Shown here: piece after piece, positions 1 through 8,013 of the stretch | How positions within the stretch are numbered: position 1 is the first letter of the stretch | Layout: the number at the start of each line of letters is the position of its first letter | Source: a virus | IMG/VR virus record: IMGVR_UViG_3300031616_000015 | Span: 1 to 40,705 of that record | DNA length: 40,705 bases | Strand: one strand, 5' to 3' | Position numbers and translations under genes: made by a program | Notes under the pieces: model-generated | What the model was told of the DNA's origin: nothing | What the model saw: the letters and a program-made list of their open reading frames with translations, nothing else | Database searches by the model: none

Positions 1-450
1 AAGCTTCTGACGGATCAGCCCGTGCCGGGAGACCCGAACAAGACGCAGAGCATCTACGTCGCCACCCTCACCGTGCTCGGATCCGAATCCGTCACCGTGG
101 TCTCTCCGGCCACCGAGAAGGATGGCAAGAGCTATCCCGAGTCGTCGGAGACCTTCCTCACGCCGTTCACGTGGGAGAACTGGTACGCCTACGGTCGGGG
201 CATCGAAGTGAAGCTGTCCGGCCTCGAGAAGGCAGGGAAGCCGATGCTTCTCGGCGTGGTCAAGCGCTGCCCGACAGGCTCCGGCTACAAGGCGGGCGAA
301 ACCGTGGAGACGACCGCGAAGAAGTGGACGGACTACCGTGCCGCCATCCTCGCCGGACGCGACCCGGCGAAGCCTCAGTTCTCTTGGGGCATCGTGGACC
401 CGACTCCGGATCAGCGCGCTGTCGCGCTCGCCTGGTATCGCGGCCAGTAA
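1..450 (+). CDS. Hypothetical protein. This is the C-terminal part of a CDS that crosses the window junction. The full gene is 40384..40578 joined to 1..450 on the circular map, about 214 aa.
   Basis: The frame of track ORF 22..450 stays open back to base 1. It is the same frame as the stop-free reading from ATG 40384 to the window end. Bases 1-127 duplicate 40579-40705. Confidence 0.6.
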   Translation, partial: KLLTDQPVPGDPNKTQSIYVATLTVLGSESVTVVSPATEKDGKSYPESSETFLTPFTWENWYAYGRGIEVKLSGLEKAGKPMLLGVVKRCPTGSGYKAGETVETTAKKWTDYRAAILAGRDPAKPQFSWGIVDPTPDQRAVALAWYRGQ

Positions 451-649
451 CGCCAACGATGGGGGCTGGCCTAGGGCCGCGTGCATGCTGCGAAAGCAGT
501 AAAGCGGGCCAGTCTTAAACGACAGGCAGAACATGCGTCCATCGCTCCAAAAACCTCACACGTCGTGTTACAGTTGACACGACTGCACGGCGACCATCCG
601 CGCGTCCGCCGCATGGCGGACGACAGCCTTCCCGACGCAAGGGGCGAAC

Positions 650-1021
650 GTGAGCAAGTTCTACAGCATCGAAGTGAAGAACGAGGACAGCGGCACGGTG
701 TACGCGTACGCCGACGGCGACATCGAGGTTGTCTCGTACGTCGGCCGCAAGGCCATCGCGGACATCAAGAACGTCACGGCCGACGTCCGGCTCTCCCTGA
801 TCGAGGTCGACGAAATCGGCCAGGAGGCGGAGGAGACGCGTTCGATCGCGAAGCTGACCGCCGATGCCGGTACCGTCTCGTACGTCCTCAAGGCCAAGCT
901 GTCGGCGGAGCGCAAGCTCGCCAAGGCGTCCAGCACGGTCGAGGGTCAGCAGGCCGAGGCGGACGCCGCGCAGGACGTGCACAACCCCGTGAACGAGTTC
1001 GCCGGGGCTGGCGTCAACTGA
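650..1021 (+). CDS. Hypothetical protein (123 aa), acidic with an Ala/Lys-rich C-terminal half
   Basis: Track ORF. GTG start at 650 preceded by aagggg (SD-like). GC-rich third codon positions. The overlapping antisense ORFs are Arg/Pro-rich shadows. Confidence 0.55.
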   Translation: MSKFYSIEVKNEDSGTVYAYADGDIEVVSYVGRKAIADIKNVTADVRLSLIEVDEIGQEAEETRSIAKLTADAGTVSYVLKAKLSAERKLAKASSTVEGQQAEADAAQDVHNPVNEFAGAGVN

Positions 1022-1105
1022 GCCAAACAGGCCATGGGGGGTTAGCTGAGGCGGCATGGCCCCCCACGCAACGCGGTAGCTCTGCCGTAGGCCGGAAAAG
1101 AGCAT

Positions 1106-1154
1106 GAACGGCCACGCGCTTTCGGTCCCCGATCCCCTGAGCGCGTGGCCGTTC
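1106..1154 (+). terminator. Stem-loop with a 14-bp perfect stem (GAACGGCCACGCGC / GCGCGTGGCCGTTC) and a 21-nt loop
   Basis: Inverted repeat read directly at 1106-1119 and 1141-1154, between the 650..1021 and 1189..1368 genes. It is followed by the weak T-rich stretch tctctatcc. Confidence 0.45.
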
Positions 1155-1188
1155 TCTATCCGGAACACGAATCGAGAAGGGAACTGCC

Positions 1189-1368
1189 ATGTTCGTGAAC
1201 AAGGAACCGACGCTGGTCGTCCTACCAGGCAATCCGGAGCGTCCGAACTGTGTCGCGTGCGGAACGCTTACCGCCAAGATTCACCGCGAGGTACACGGCG
1301 GCATTGACATGCTCCTGTGCAACGACTACTGGGCTTGCAACCGCACGAGTGGAGTGATCGCGGCATGA
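1189..1368 (+). CDS. Small Cys-rich protein (59 aa: MFVNKEPTLVVLPGNPERPNCVACGT...CNDYWACNR...). It is below the ORF-track cutoff.
   Basis: ATG 1189 is preceded by gagaaggga (SD). I translated it by hand with no internal stop. Its TGA (1366-1368) overlaps the ATG of the next gene (ATGA at 1365-1368). Confidence 0.5.
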   Translation: MFVNKEPTLVVLPGNPERPNCVACGTLTAKIHREVHGGIDMLLCNDYWACNRTSGVIAA

Positions 1369-1685
1369 CGCGCGCCGAGCTACGGACGCGCGCAATGGAA
1401 GCCACGAGACTCTGTCCCTCATGTGATGGCGGACTGCCCGCAGCTTGCACGTGCACAGTCAACGTGCGTCAGGTGGTGTCGGATCTCCTGGCCGCGCTGG
1501 ACACGCAGCAGGATGCCGTCCTGGCCGCGCTGATTCAGTGTGCACGCGCGCTCGCGTTCACCTACGGCGGAAGTCCTCGACCGTCCGACACCGAGCACGA
1601 AGCACAAGCCTGTTGGGATGCGATGGTCGCGGCTTACGCCGCACTTGGCGTGACCGACACGCGTGACCTCATCCAAAATTCCTAG
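1365..1685 (+). CDS. Hypothetical protein (106 aa) with a CPSC-x-GG-x5-C-x-C motif
   Basis: In frame with track ORF 1317..1685. ATG 1365 makes a 4-nt ATGA overlap with the upstream small gene, so I prefer it to the 1317 alternative start. Confidence 0.55.
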   Translation: MTRAELRTRAMEATRLCPSCDGGLPAACTCTVNVRQVVSDLLAALDTQQDAVLAALIQCARALAFTYGGSPRPSDTEHEAQACWDAMVAAYAALGVTDTRDLIQNS

Positions 1686-1713
1686 TTGACGCGTAGCCTC
1701 GTTCGTGTAAACT
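1686..1713 (+). promoter_or_regulatory. Sigma70-type promoter TTGACG-N16-TAAACT, 7 nt upstream of ATG 1721 (leaderless gene)
   Basis: The sequence reads ccTAGTTGACGcgtagcctcgttcgtgTAAACTagtccacATG. The TAG at 1683-1685 is the stop codon of the upstream gene. The architecture matches five other sites in the window. Confidence 0.5.
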
Positions 1714-1720
1714 AGTCCAC

Positions 1721-2407
1721 ATGACAGCGATTGTGATGGACGGGATGAACCGCAGCGAGTACCTCGCGGACATGAACCGCGAGCTTATCGCGATGGGTCT
1801 CAAGCCCGTCCGCACGATCGAAGAGGCGCAGCGTCCGAGCACGGTCGGCAAGGCTGCTGAGGTGGCGGAGCGCACGCAGGGACGCGGCAACGGAAACGGG
1901 ACATCGCGCAAGCCCGGTTCGCTTGCCACCGAAGCTCAGATCAAGTACATCATCGAGTTGACTTTCCGGATCACGGGGATGCGCGACGCGATCGAAGACG
2001 TGAACGTCGCTGGCTTCACGAAGGCTGAGGCCAGCGAGATGATCGAGCGCCTGATTCCGGTCGCCCGCGAGGCTCGCACGGTTGCCCCGATCGCTGCTCC
2101 TCTGGCCGCTCCCGTCAAGTCGACTGCGGTCACCGAGGATGGGATGTACCTGAAGGACGGCGTTGTCTTCAAGGTGCAGATCGCGAAGCAGGACTCCGGC
2201 CGCCTGTACGCGAAGCGTCTCGGCCAGGGTGGATTCGAGTACGCGCCCGGCGCTATCAACACCCTGCGCGCTGAGCACAAGATGTCGCTCGATCAGGCGA
2301 AGGAATACGGCAAGCTCTACGGGGTGTGCTGCCAGTGTGGCAAGGACCTGACGGACGAGAACAGTATTGCGGCTGGCATCGGTCCGGTGTGCGCCAGGAA
2401 GTTCTAG
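1721..2407 (+). CDS. Hypothetical protein (228 aa) with a C-terminal CxxCG...S...GxGPxC motif, which I recall as the DUF6011 type
   Basis: Track ORF. It ends ...YGVCCQCGKDLTDENSIAAGIGPVCARKF. The ATG is positioned for a leaderless transcript from the 1686-1713 promoter. Confidence 0.65.
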   Translation: MTAIVMDGMNRSEYLADMNRELIAMGLKPVRTIEEAQRPSTVGKAAEVAERTQGRGNGNGTSRKPGSLATEAQIKYIIELTFRITGMRDAIEDVNVAGFTKAEASEMIERLIPVAREARTVAPIAAPLAAPVKSTAVTEDGMYLKDGVVFKVQIAKQDSGRLYAKRLGQGGFEYAPGAINTLRAEHKMSLDQAKEYGKLYGVCCQCGKDLTDENSIAAGIGPVCARKF

Positions 2408-2545
2408 GGGAACGATGGTGTGGACAGCCATAGAAGAATATGGGTTAGCTGCCAGGGCTGGTTGGGGCAGGAAGGTTATGCAGTCGCTTTGGCCCATATC
2501 ACCATCACTCAACAGCATCAATCAAGGGGCGAGGGGAAAAGGAAG

Positions 2546-3361
2546 ATGACAAAGAAATTCACTCCGAACGTGACGGTCACGCCGAGCATGGCCCGGCAGT
2601 GGCTTGACCGGAACGCCGAGAACAACCGGCGGCCGAAGAAATCCCGCATCCCGGCCATGGCCCGCGACATGGCCATGGGGCACTGGAATTCCGACACGGG
2701 CGAACTGATCAAGTTCGACGTGAACGGTACCTTGATCGACGGACAGAACAGACTTCACGCGGTCATCCTGGCGAACGTGCCGATCCAATTCGACATCATG
2801 GAAGGTCTGCCGACGTCCGTCATGCCCGTCCTCGACACGGGCGCGCCCCGTTCGGCGGGCGACGTCATGACCGTCGCGGGTGCCACCGACCGGATGCGAA
2901 GCGCGGCCATCGTGCGGTGGTCGATCATGTGGGACGCGAAGATCTACACGGGTGCGGGTAGCGCTCTGCGGCCGACTCACAGCGAGATCATCGACCGCTA
3001 TCGGGCAGACTCCGGCGCGTACAACGCGGCGGCCACTCGCGCCACAGACTGCCAGAACAGGGGCCTAGGTGTCGGTGCCCCGGCGGGCGTCGCGTTCTAC
3101 CTGTTCTATCGGCTGAGCCAGGAAGACGCACACGCGTTCTTCGATCAGTACGTGTCCGGCGCGAACCTCCCCGGCCTATCGCCCGTGCTGGCCTTGCGCA
3201 ACAAGATGACACGCCGTCGCCAGGATCGTCTCACCCGTCCGGAACAACTCGGGTACTTCATTCGGGCGTGGAACGGCTGGCGACTCAGCAAGCCGATGGC
3301 GCATCTCTTGCTCGTCAACGACAGCAAGCTGACGGACGACAACTTCCCGCAACCGAAGTAG
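2546..3361 (+). CDS. ParB-like nuclease-domain (ParB/Srx N-terminal type) protein, 271 aa
   Basis: In frame with track ORF 2420..3361. ATG 2546 is preceded by gaggggaaaaggaag (strong SD). The DGQNRL motif and the N-terminal KKSRIP/HW region are typical of ParB-like nuclease domains. Confidence 0.65.
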   Translation: MTKKFTPNVTVTPSMARQWLDRNAENNRRPKKSRIPAMARDMAMGHWNSDTGELIKFDVNGTLIDGQNRLHAVILANVPIQFDIMEGLPTSVMPVLDTGAPRSAGDVMTVAGATDRMRSAAIVRWSIMWDAKIYTGAGSALRPTHSEIIDRYRADSGAYNAAATRATDCQNRGLGVGAPAGVAFYLFYRLSQEDAHAFFDQYVSGANLPGLSPVLALRNKMTRRRQDRLTRPEQLGYFIRAWNGWRLSKPMAHLLLVNDSKLTDDNFPQPK

Positions 3362-3371
3362 AGGATCGGCG

Positions 3372-3515
3372 ATGCACATCTTTCACAAGTGGTCGAAGTG
3401 GTCTGAGCCGGTTCGCGTGAACATCCGCCGTCTCTATGACGGAGAGGTTGTTGGTAAAGACCGGCAGACGCGAGAGTGCGCGAAATGCGGGATGGTTGAA
3501 AGACGATTCCTGTGA
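3372..3515 (+). CDS. Small protein (47 aa, MHIFHKWSKWSEP...RECAKCGMVERRFL). It is below the ORF-track cutoff.
   Basis: Hand translation from ATG 3372 to TGA 3513-3515. The stop overlaps the GTG start of the next gene (GTGA at 3512-3515). Confidence 0.4.
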   Translation: MHIFHKWSKWSEPVRVNIRRLYDGEVVGKDRQTRECAKCGMVERRFL

Positions 3516-3712
3516 CTCGGCTGGGATTCAAGTACTGCGGATGGTGCGGCCAGGATAAGCCACTGCACGAATTCTACGTGAACAACAGCTTTGACCGGCA
3601 TCATCAGACGAGTCACCATCCCGGCTGCAAGGTATGCCGCCGCGCCATGGCCAAGAGGCAGGCTCCGGCGGCATACCAACGGAAACTCGAGAGAAAGGCT
3701 AGGGCATCATGA
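3512..3712 (+). CDS. Zinc-ribbon-like small protein (66 aa; CGWCG...HPGCKVC)
   Basis: Track ORF. It carries two CxxC pairs. Both ends are translationally coupled to neighbours (GTGA upstream, ATGA at 3709-3712 downstream). Confidence 0.5.
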   Translation: MTRLGFKYCGWCGQDKPLHEFYVNNSFDRHHQTSHHPGCKVCRRAMAKRQAPAAYQRKLERKARAS

Positions 3713-4059
3713 AGTATCAGGCGCACCTGAAGACCGGGGCAACCGTCGACGTGGAACTTGATGGCGAGATTGGGAGCACGTTCACCAACACAGTCAGAGA
3801 CTCCCTTTCTGTCGGCTGGCTGGTCGACGAGAACGGGGCGATGCTGAACATGGCGTACGTCGCGGCGCTCGTTCCCGTTCTCGATGACGCGGCCAAGACC
3901 CCGTTCGTCCCTGACATCATCATGGACGATGACGGCGACAAGTGGACTCTCTACAGGGACGGTCTGTATCACTACAGCGACGGGACGACAGATCACGTCG
4001 TTAGGCCGAGAACGCGTGCCGAAGTCGAAAGCTCATACGGAATCAGAGAGGAATGGTAG
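3709..4059 (+). CDS. Hypothetical protein (116 aa)
   Basis: Track ORF with an ATGA overlap to the previous gene and protein-like composition. Confidence 0.6.
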   Translation: MKYQAHLKTGATVDVELDGEIGSTFTNTVRDSLSVGWLVDENGAMLNMAYVAALVPVLDDAAKTPFVPDIIMDDDGDKWTLYRDGLYHYSDGTTDHVVRPRTRAEVESSYGIREEW

Positions 4060-4460
4060 TCGTGAATCTGTCGGAAGCGATCGAGCACGCACGTGCAGAC
4101 GTGGCGGAAGTCGGGGAGGGTTTCGTCTACAATCCGGGCGGCGAGAACCGCTGCTTCTACGTCAGCCAAGAGGATCCGCGCTTCCCGTCTGGCATACTGG
4201 AGTCGGCTGAACGGGAAGTGGCATCGGGCAGCAAGACGCACGGATGTCAGGTGGGTCGCATCCTCATGCGCGCGGGATTGATGACGGACGAGATTGCATC
4301 GTGCCAGAATTCCGCGATTGGAGTTGCGCAAATCATGCTCGGACAAGACAACGACGTCGCGCACTTCCTGAGTGACATTCAGGAAGCGCAGGACGGCGGC
4401 GACTCGGCGGGCGATGCACTCGCGAAAAGTCTGCGCTCTGTCCGCCATACTGGTCGGTAA
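4053..4460 (+). CDS. Hypothetical protein (135 aa)
   Basis: Track ORF. Its start overlaps the stop of 3709..4059. GTG 4062 is an alternative start. Confidence 0.55.
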   Translation: MVVVNLSEAIEHARADVAEVGEGFVYNPGGENRCFYVSQEDPRFPSGILESAEREVASGSKTHGCQVGRILMRAGLMTDEIASCQNSAIGVAQIMLGQDNDVAHFLSDIQEAQDGGDSAGDALAKSLRSVRHTGR

Positions 4461-4475
4461 CCCCGTAAACTAAGA

Positions 4476-4829
4476 GTGAGCCGCCCGGCGCGTGTAGTCA
4501 CCCACTACGAAGACGCATACGCCGGGCGGACATCCATTTTATCTGACGGGAAGTGGGACGTGACAAGACGCCACGGAACGGATTGGATCAAGACGTCCTA
4601 CCCGCAGGGCAGATGTCAAGACTGTGACAAATTGTATTACTCGTCGCGAGGCAACGCGAAGCAGAACCTCAAGCGCCTACGCCATCACGGCAAACAGCAC
4701 GTGTACGAATGCCCGACGCACGAAGGATGGTGGCACGTCGGCCACCTACCCGAAGCAGTCGTGCGCGGCGAGCACGGACGTGAAGAGCTAGTGCATGGTC
4801 GCAAGCGACAGACGGGCGAGGAACACTGA
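4476..4829 (+). CDS. Hypothetical Cys/His-rich protein (117 aa; CQDCDK...YECPTHEGWWHVGH)
   Basis: Track ORF with a GTG start. It is the last gene of the + block before the convergent hairpin. Confidence 0.5.
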   Translation: MSRPARVVTHYEDAYAGRTSILSDGKWDVTRRHGTDWIKTSYPQGRCQDCDKLYYSSRGNAKQNLKRLRHHGKQHVYECPTHEGWWHVGHLPEAVVRGEHGREELVHGRKRQTGEEH

Positions 4830-4862
4830 AACCCATCAATGCGATGATACGCTGAACAGACA

Positions 4863-4900
4863 GAGACGCCGCGCGAGCCTTCCCTCTCGCACGGCGTCTC
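4863..4900. terminator. Bidirectional terminator-like hairpin between the convergent gene blocks
   Basis: The sequence is GAGACGCCGCGCGAG-ccttccct-CTCGCACGGCGTCTC, a 15-bp stem with one mismatch. It lies between the + gene ending at 4829 and the - gene ending at 4913. Confidence 0.6.
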
Positions 4901-4912
4901 GCTGTGCGCTAC

Positions 4913-5197
4913 CTACCTGTTCGGTAGGTGCAGCTTGAGCCACGCTTGAGCTGCCGCGATGGTGCTCGGGCTCAGAGCGTCGGGATCGGTGCGTGTGTAG
5001 TACCCGGCCAGGAAGGTACCTGCCACGCCCAACAACGCCAGAGCGCTGCCCTCTGCCCAGTCCGGCAGGAATGAGACGTAGCTCGGCGCGATACCGGCGG
5101 CCAGGAGGGCAACCAGCGACACGAGGGACATGAGCTTGACCTTGCGTTCGGCCTTGCCTCGGGGGCCAGCCCCGGCAGTCTCCTTGGCGAATTGCAT
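4913..5197 (-). CDS. Membrane protein with two predicted TM segments (94 aa); holin-like by position
   Basis: Track ORF. Hydrophobic stretches are LMSLVSLVALLAAGIAPSYV and ALALLGVAGTFLAGYY. It is the last gene of the lysis end of the late operon. Confidence 0.55.
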   Translation of the reverse strand: MQFAKETAGAGPRGKAERKVKLMSLVSLVALLAAGIAPSYVSFLPDWAEGSALALLGVAGTFLAGYYTRTDPDALSPSTIAAAQAWLKLHLPNR

Positions 5198-5203
5198 GTC
5201 TTC

Positions 5204-5389
5204 CTACCTTTCGGGCGGGTAGCCGTAGGTGACCGGGGTAACGACCGTGCTCGTGGTCGCGGGGGTCGGCGTTGCCCCGCTGGCCGATGCTCGCACGCTC
5301 AGCGCCAGGATGACTAGGGCAATGACGACTGAGGCAACGGAAGCGAAGGTGGCGATGGTCGCGTACCAGTGCCACGGACCTTTTCCCAT
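5204..5389 (-). CDS. Small membrane protein (61 aa: MGKGPWHWYATIATFASVASVVIALVILAL... with a Thr/Pro-rich tail)
   Basis: Internal ATG 5389 of track ORF 5204..5572. From this ATG onward third-position GC is high. The upstream part of the long ORF is Ser/Arg-rich and looks off-frame. Confidence 0.5.
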   Translation of the reverse strand: MGKGPWHWYATIATFASVASVVIALVILALSVRASASGATPTPATTSTVVTPVTYGYPPER

Positions 5390-5568
5390 GCTGCTGCTGC
5401 GGCCCGTGTTCCGACTGCGCCCGCTGCGATTACGAGAAATGCTTTGTTCACTTGGGAAGGATCGACGAAGATAGCCTGTTGGAAAATCAACGTCCACCCG
5501 GCTGCTAATGAAGTGAAGTCCCGAACGAGGACCCACCACGGGGGACGTCGATGACGTCTCACGCTCAC
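5314..5568 (-). CDS. Possible membrane protein (84 aa). Only the N-terminal ~65 aa look protein-like.
   Basis: Track ORF. Hydrophobic segments are WWVLVRDFTSLAAGWTLIF and AFLVIAAGAVG. Its 3' end overlaps 5204..5389 in another frame, where its own codon bias collapses. Confidence 0.35.
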   Translation of the reverse strand: MSVRRHRRPPWWVLVRDFTSLAAGWTLIFQQAIFVDPSQVNKAFLVIAAGAVGTRAAAAAWEKVRGTGTRPSPPSLPLPQSSLP

Positions 5569-5619
5569 TCATGATCCAACTTTCCGTTGCCGCGTGACAA
5601 CTGTTACTTACAGTAGCAG

Positions 5620-6459
5620 TTATGCGGAGTGAAGCACATTCCGCACGGCTGTCTCAACGTCGGCAACGGTGAGGGAATCGCCCGTGATGGGCGGAAGTGC
5701 GGCGGCGATCATCGCGGCCAGGGCGGGAATGTCCACGGCGTTCACGGACTGCACGGCAGTGATGATCGAGGCGTGCGCGGATTGCTCCGTATCGCCGATG
5801 CTCTTCTGCCGTCCGAGAAGCGTTCCCAGCGCCGTTCCGGGGGCAACGGTGCCGTTGGTGACAGTTCCGTAGGTGGCTTCGGAAACACCCGGCCAGACAC
5901 CTTCGCTGTGGTCGGCAGGATTCGACCAACCCGGATCGTAACCCCACACCGCGCGCGGCCCGACGTTGTCCTTGATCCAGTCTTTGTCATCGTCGGTCAG
6001 AGCCACAAGATCCTCCAAGTGGTAGTCAGCGCTACTCAGTTCATCCGAGGCCTGATTGTATGCGCCGGACATGTGCATGTGCTTGTCGTGCGGGTTGGAG
6101 CCGGTATAGGCCTCCTGTGCCCATCCATTGCTCGCACGCCAGATTCGCCGGTTGAAGATGATGTACCGAATGAAGGCCAGTCTGCCCGCGCGCGCGAGGC
6201 GTAGCAAGTGCTGGACGATGTCCTCCATCGACACATTCGGATCTCCGGTGTCGGCATCCGTGTCCATGGCGCGTACTTCATCCTTGCTATCACCGTCCTT
6301 GTATTCCGCATTGGCGGTCAAGTCCGGATTGTGGCCGCTCGACTCACCCTGATGGGCAGTGTCCCCAATCGTCCCGTCCGAGGTCTTATCCCGGTTCGGG
6401 AAGTTGGCGTTCATCTGCGTACGCCACGCCTGCAACTGCTTTGTCAACACCCACGCCAT
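5620..6459 (-). CDS. Putative endolysin with zinc-peptidase-like His motifs (279 aa)
   Basis: Track ORF lying between the tail genes and the membrane proteins. AHQGESSGHNPD and HDKHMHMS resemble the H-x(n)-D / H-x-H ligand pattern of LAS/M15-type peptidases. This reading is from memory. Confidence 0.55.
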   Translation of the reverse strand: MAWVLTKQLQAWRTQMNANFPNRDKTSDGTIGDTAHQGESSGHNPDLTANAEYKDGDSKDEVRAMDTDADTGDPNVSMEDIVQHLLRLARAGRLAFIRYIIFNRRIWRASNGWAQEAYTGSNPHDKHMHMSGAYNQASDELSSADYHLEDLVALTDDDKDWIKDNVGPRAVWGYDPGWSNPADHSEGVWPGVSEATYGTVTNGTVAPGTALGTLLGRQKSIGDTEQSAHASIITAVQSVNAVDIPALAAMIAAALPPITGDSLTVADVETAVRNVLHSA

Positions 6460-6468
6460 GCCGCGCCC

Positions 6469-6831
6469 CTAACAGACTTGTCCGGTCGCCATCGCCATAC
6501 CCGTCACTCCCGGCCCAATGTTCAGTACAAGGTCAACGGGATTGGCTCCCGTCTGGACCTGTATATCACCGGTGTTCATTGAGGCGGTAACCGCGAGCCC
6601 TACGAGGGACGTGACGGCTACGGCGGGCGCGGCCAGGGCCAAGCCCACCACGGTCTCTCCAGTGCGCCACGTGCCCCCTGAGCCGTTCACCGTGACGCTC
6701 GGATACTGAGCGGCGGCACTTCCGCCGATGGCCACAGACAGGGTGGCGCACATGCCGACCGATCCACGCCAGATCGACTTAGCTGGGATGGTGAGCAGGA
6801 TTCCGCCGTTTGCATTCGCCATGTTCGCCAT
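6469..6831 (-). CDS. Hypothetical structural (tail-end) protein, Gly/Ala/Val-rich (120 aa)
   Basis: Internal ATG 6831 of track ORF 6469..6903. It is preceded by ggagag (SD) and lies 2 nt after the TAG stop of the upstream gene. Confidence 0.5.
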   Translation of the reverse strand: MANMANANGGILLTIPAKSIWRGSVGMCATLSVAIGGSAAAQYPSVTVNGSGGTWRTGETVVGLALAAPAVAVTSLVGLAVTASMNTGDIQVQTGANPVDLVLNIGPGVTGMAMATGQVC

Positions 6832-6833
6832 TG

Positions 6834-7322
6834 CTATCTCTCCTGCCACACGAGGGAAATCGACCACGTCTGATTGATGTTCCCTGCCGCCGTGGACATG
6901 CACATGCCCTCTCCTGGCCGATACGTCATCAGAGGTACGGGCAGTACGGAGTAGGAGGCTGCGTTCAGTCCCTCTTTCGTGGAGACGATGGGAGTGTGCG
7001 CTCCGTGCGCAAGCGCGGATGTGGTGACGGTGGGATTGCCGATGCGTACCTCGAGCGCGGGATCAACATAGCTCGTCTTGAAACGGGATATGGTGCTCGC
7101 CGCGATGAGCGTCCCTGAACTGGCTGCTGTGATTCGCTTGCGCAGCATCGAGCTTTGCGCAACGGTTACGCCGATGCCGTAGATCTCGACATCTATCTGT
7201 GTGATGGTAATCGTCTTGCCGCTATTGGCAGGATTGAACATCGAGATAAACGTGTTGGCCAAGACCACGCCTGGCGCATCGCTGAGGACGTAGAGATAGG
7301 TGGGCGGGGTGGTGACGCTCAC
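6834..7322 (-). CDS. Hypothetical tail-associated protein (162 aa)
   Basis: Track ORF in the late operon downstream of the minor tail genes. Confidence 0.55.
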   Translation of the reverse strand: MSVTTPPTYLYVLSDAPGVVLANTFISMFNPANSGKTITITQIDVEIYGIGVTVAQSSMLRKRITAASSGTLIAASTISRFKTSYVDPALEVRIGNPTVTTSALAHGAHTPIVSTKEGLNAASYSVLPVPLMTYRPGEGMCMSTAAGNINQTWSISLVWQER

Positions 7323-7375
7323 GCTGTCTCACCCGCTTTCCCATGGGAAGGTTAGGAACGGAGGTGGAACGGATA

Positions 7376-7717
7376 TTACTTGTCTTTGCCGATATTCGTT
7401 GCTGGCTTGCTGGAAGCCCGATCCTTGTTGACCGGGATCACGATAGGTGCGTTGCCGTGCGTTTCGACATTCGCGCCTTGATCCGCGAATGCATTGATGG
7501 GCATGGACACGCGTACTTCCTCGCGGACGTCCTTGTACTTCGGCCCGTCATAGGTGTCTATTTCGATGTCGGCATCGGCGGAGAACGTCAGCGAGCCATC
7601 GTCCTCGACAGTCAGCTCAGCATCCAGCCGTTTGTTCTTGACGCGGGCACGCGCGCGAGGCTTGGCTTCGGGCATGTCCGTCCAGAAATCTGCAACCACC
7701 GTGTACTTGGCCAGCAT
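7376..7717 (-). CDS. Hypothetical protein (113 aa)
   Basis: Track ORF. Its ATG shares one nt with the upstream TAA stop (TAATG). Confidence 0.55.
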   Translation of the reverse strand: MLAKYTVVADFWTDMPEAKPRARARVKNKRLDAELTVEDDGSLTFSADADIEIDTYDGPKYKDVREEVRVSMPINAFADQGANVETHGNAPIVIPVNKDRASSKPATNIGKDK

Positions 7718-7998
7718 TACGGAAGATCCGAACGCTTGACGTATGCCGCGTTCATCTGATCATCCGTCAGTTTGCCCGGATAGACAGAAGTCCACGTAAC
7801 CCAGTCGCCCGTTTCCACGATGAGCGAAGACAATCCCCCGTCGGGGTAATATTCCATAACGAGCGTACCGCCGGACTCTGATGCGATCGAAACGCTGTAT
7901 TCGCTGACTGCCTGTGCGGGTATCTGTGCCAGAATGGCAGTGCCGTTCGAGCCGGTGTACTGAACTCCGTTGACGAACGGAATCAATTGCTCAGCCAT
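7717..7998 (-). CDS. Hypothetical protein (93 aa)
   Basis: Track ORF with an aaaggaacagg SD-like stretch upstream of ATG 7998. Confidence 0.55.
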   Translation of the reverse strand: MAEQLIPFVNGVQYTGSNGTAILAQIPAQAVSEYSVSIASESGGTLVMEYYPDGGLSSLIVETGDWVTWTSVYPGKLTDDQMNAAYVKRSDLP

Positions 7999-8013
7999 TG
8001 CCTGTTCCTTTCG

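Noticed and set aside
574-621. A cagTTGACA box at 571-579 as another member of the promoter family, plus nearby hairpins (GTCGTGT/ACACGAC at 560-583, GTCCGCC-gcat-GGCGGAC at 604-621)
   Set aside because: No TAnnnT hexamer sits at the right distance, and no ATG lies 7 nt downstream. The box lacks the TAG prefix. The hairpins are short (7 bp). I kept this only as a possible weak terminator region after the junction-spanning gene, and there is not enough support to list it as a feature.
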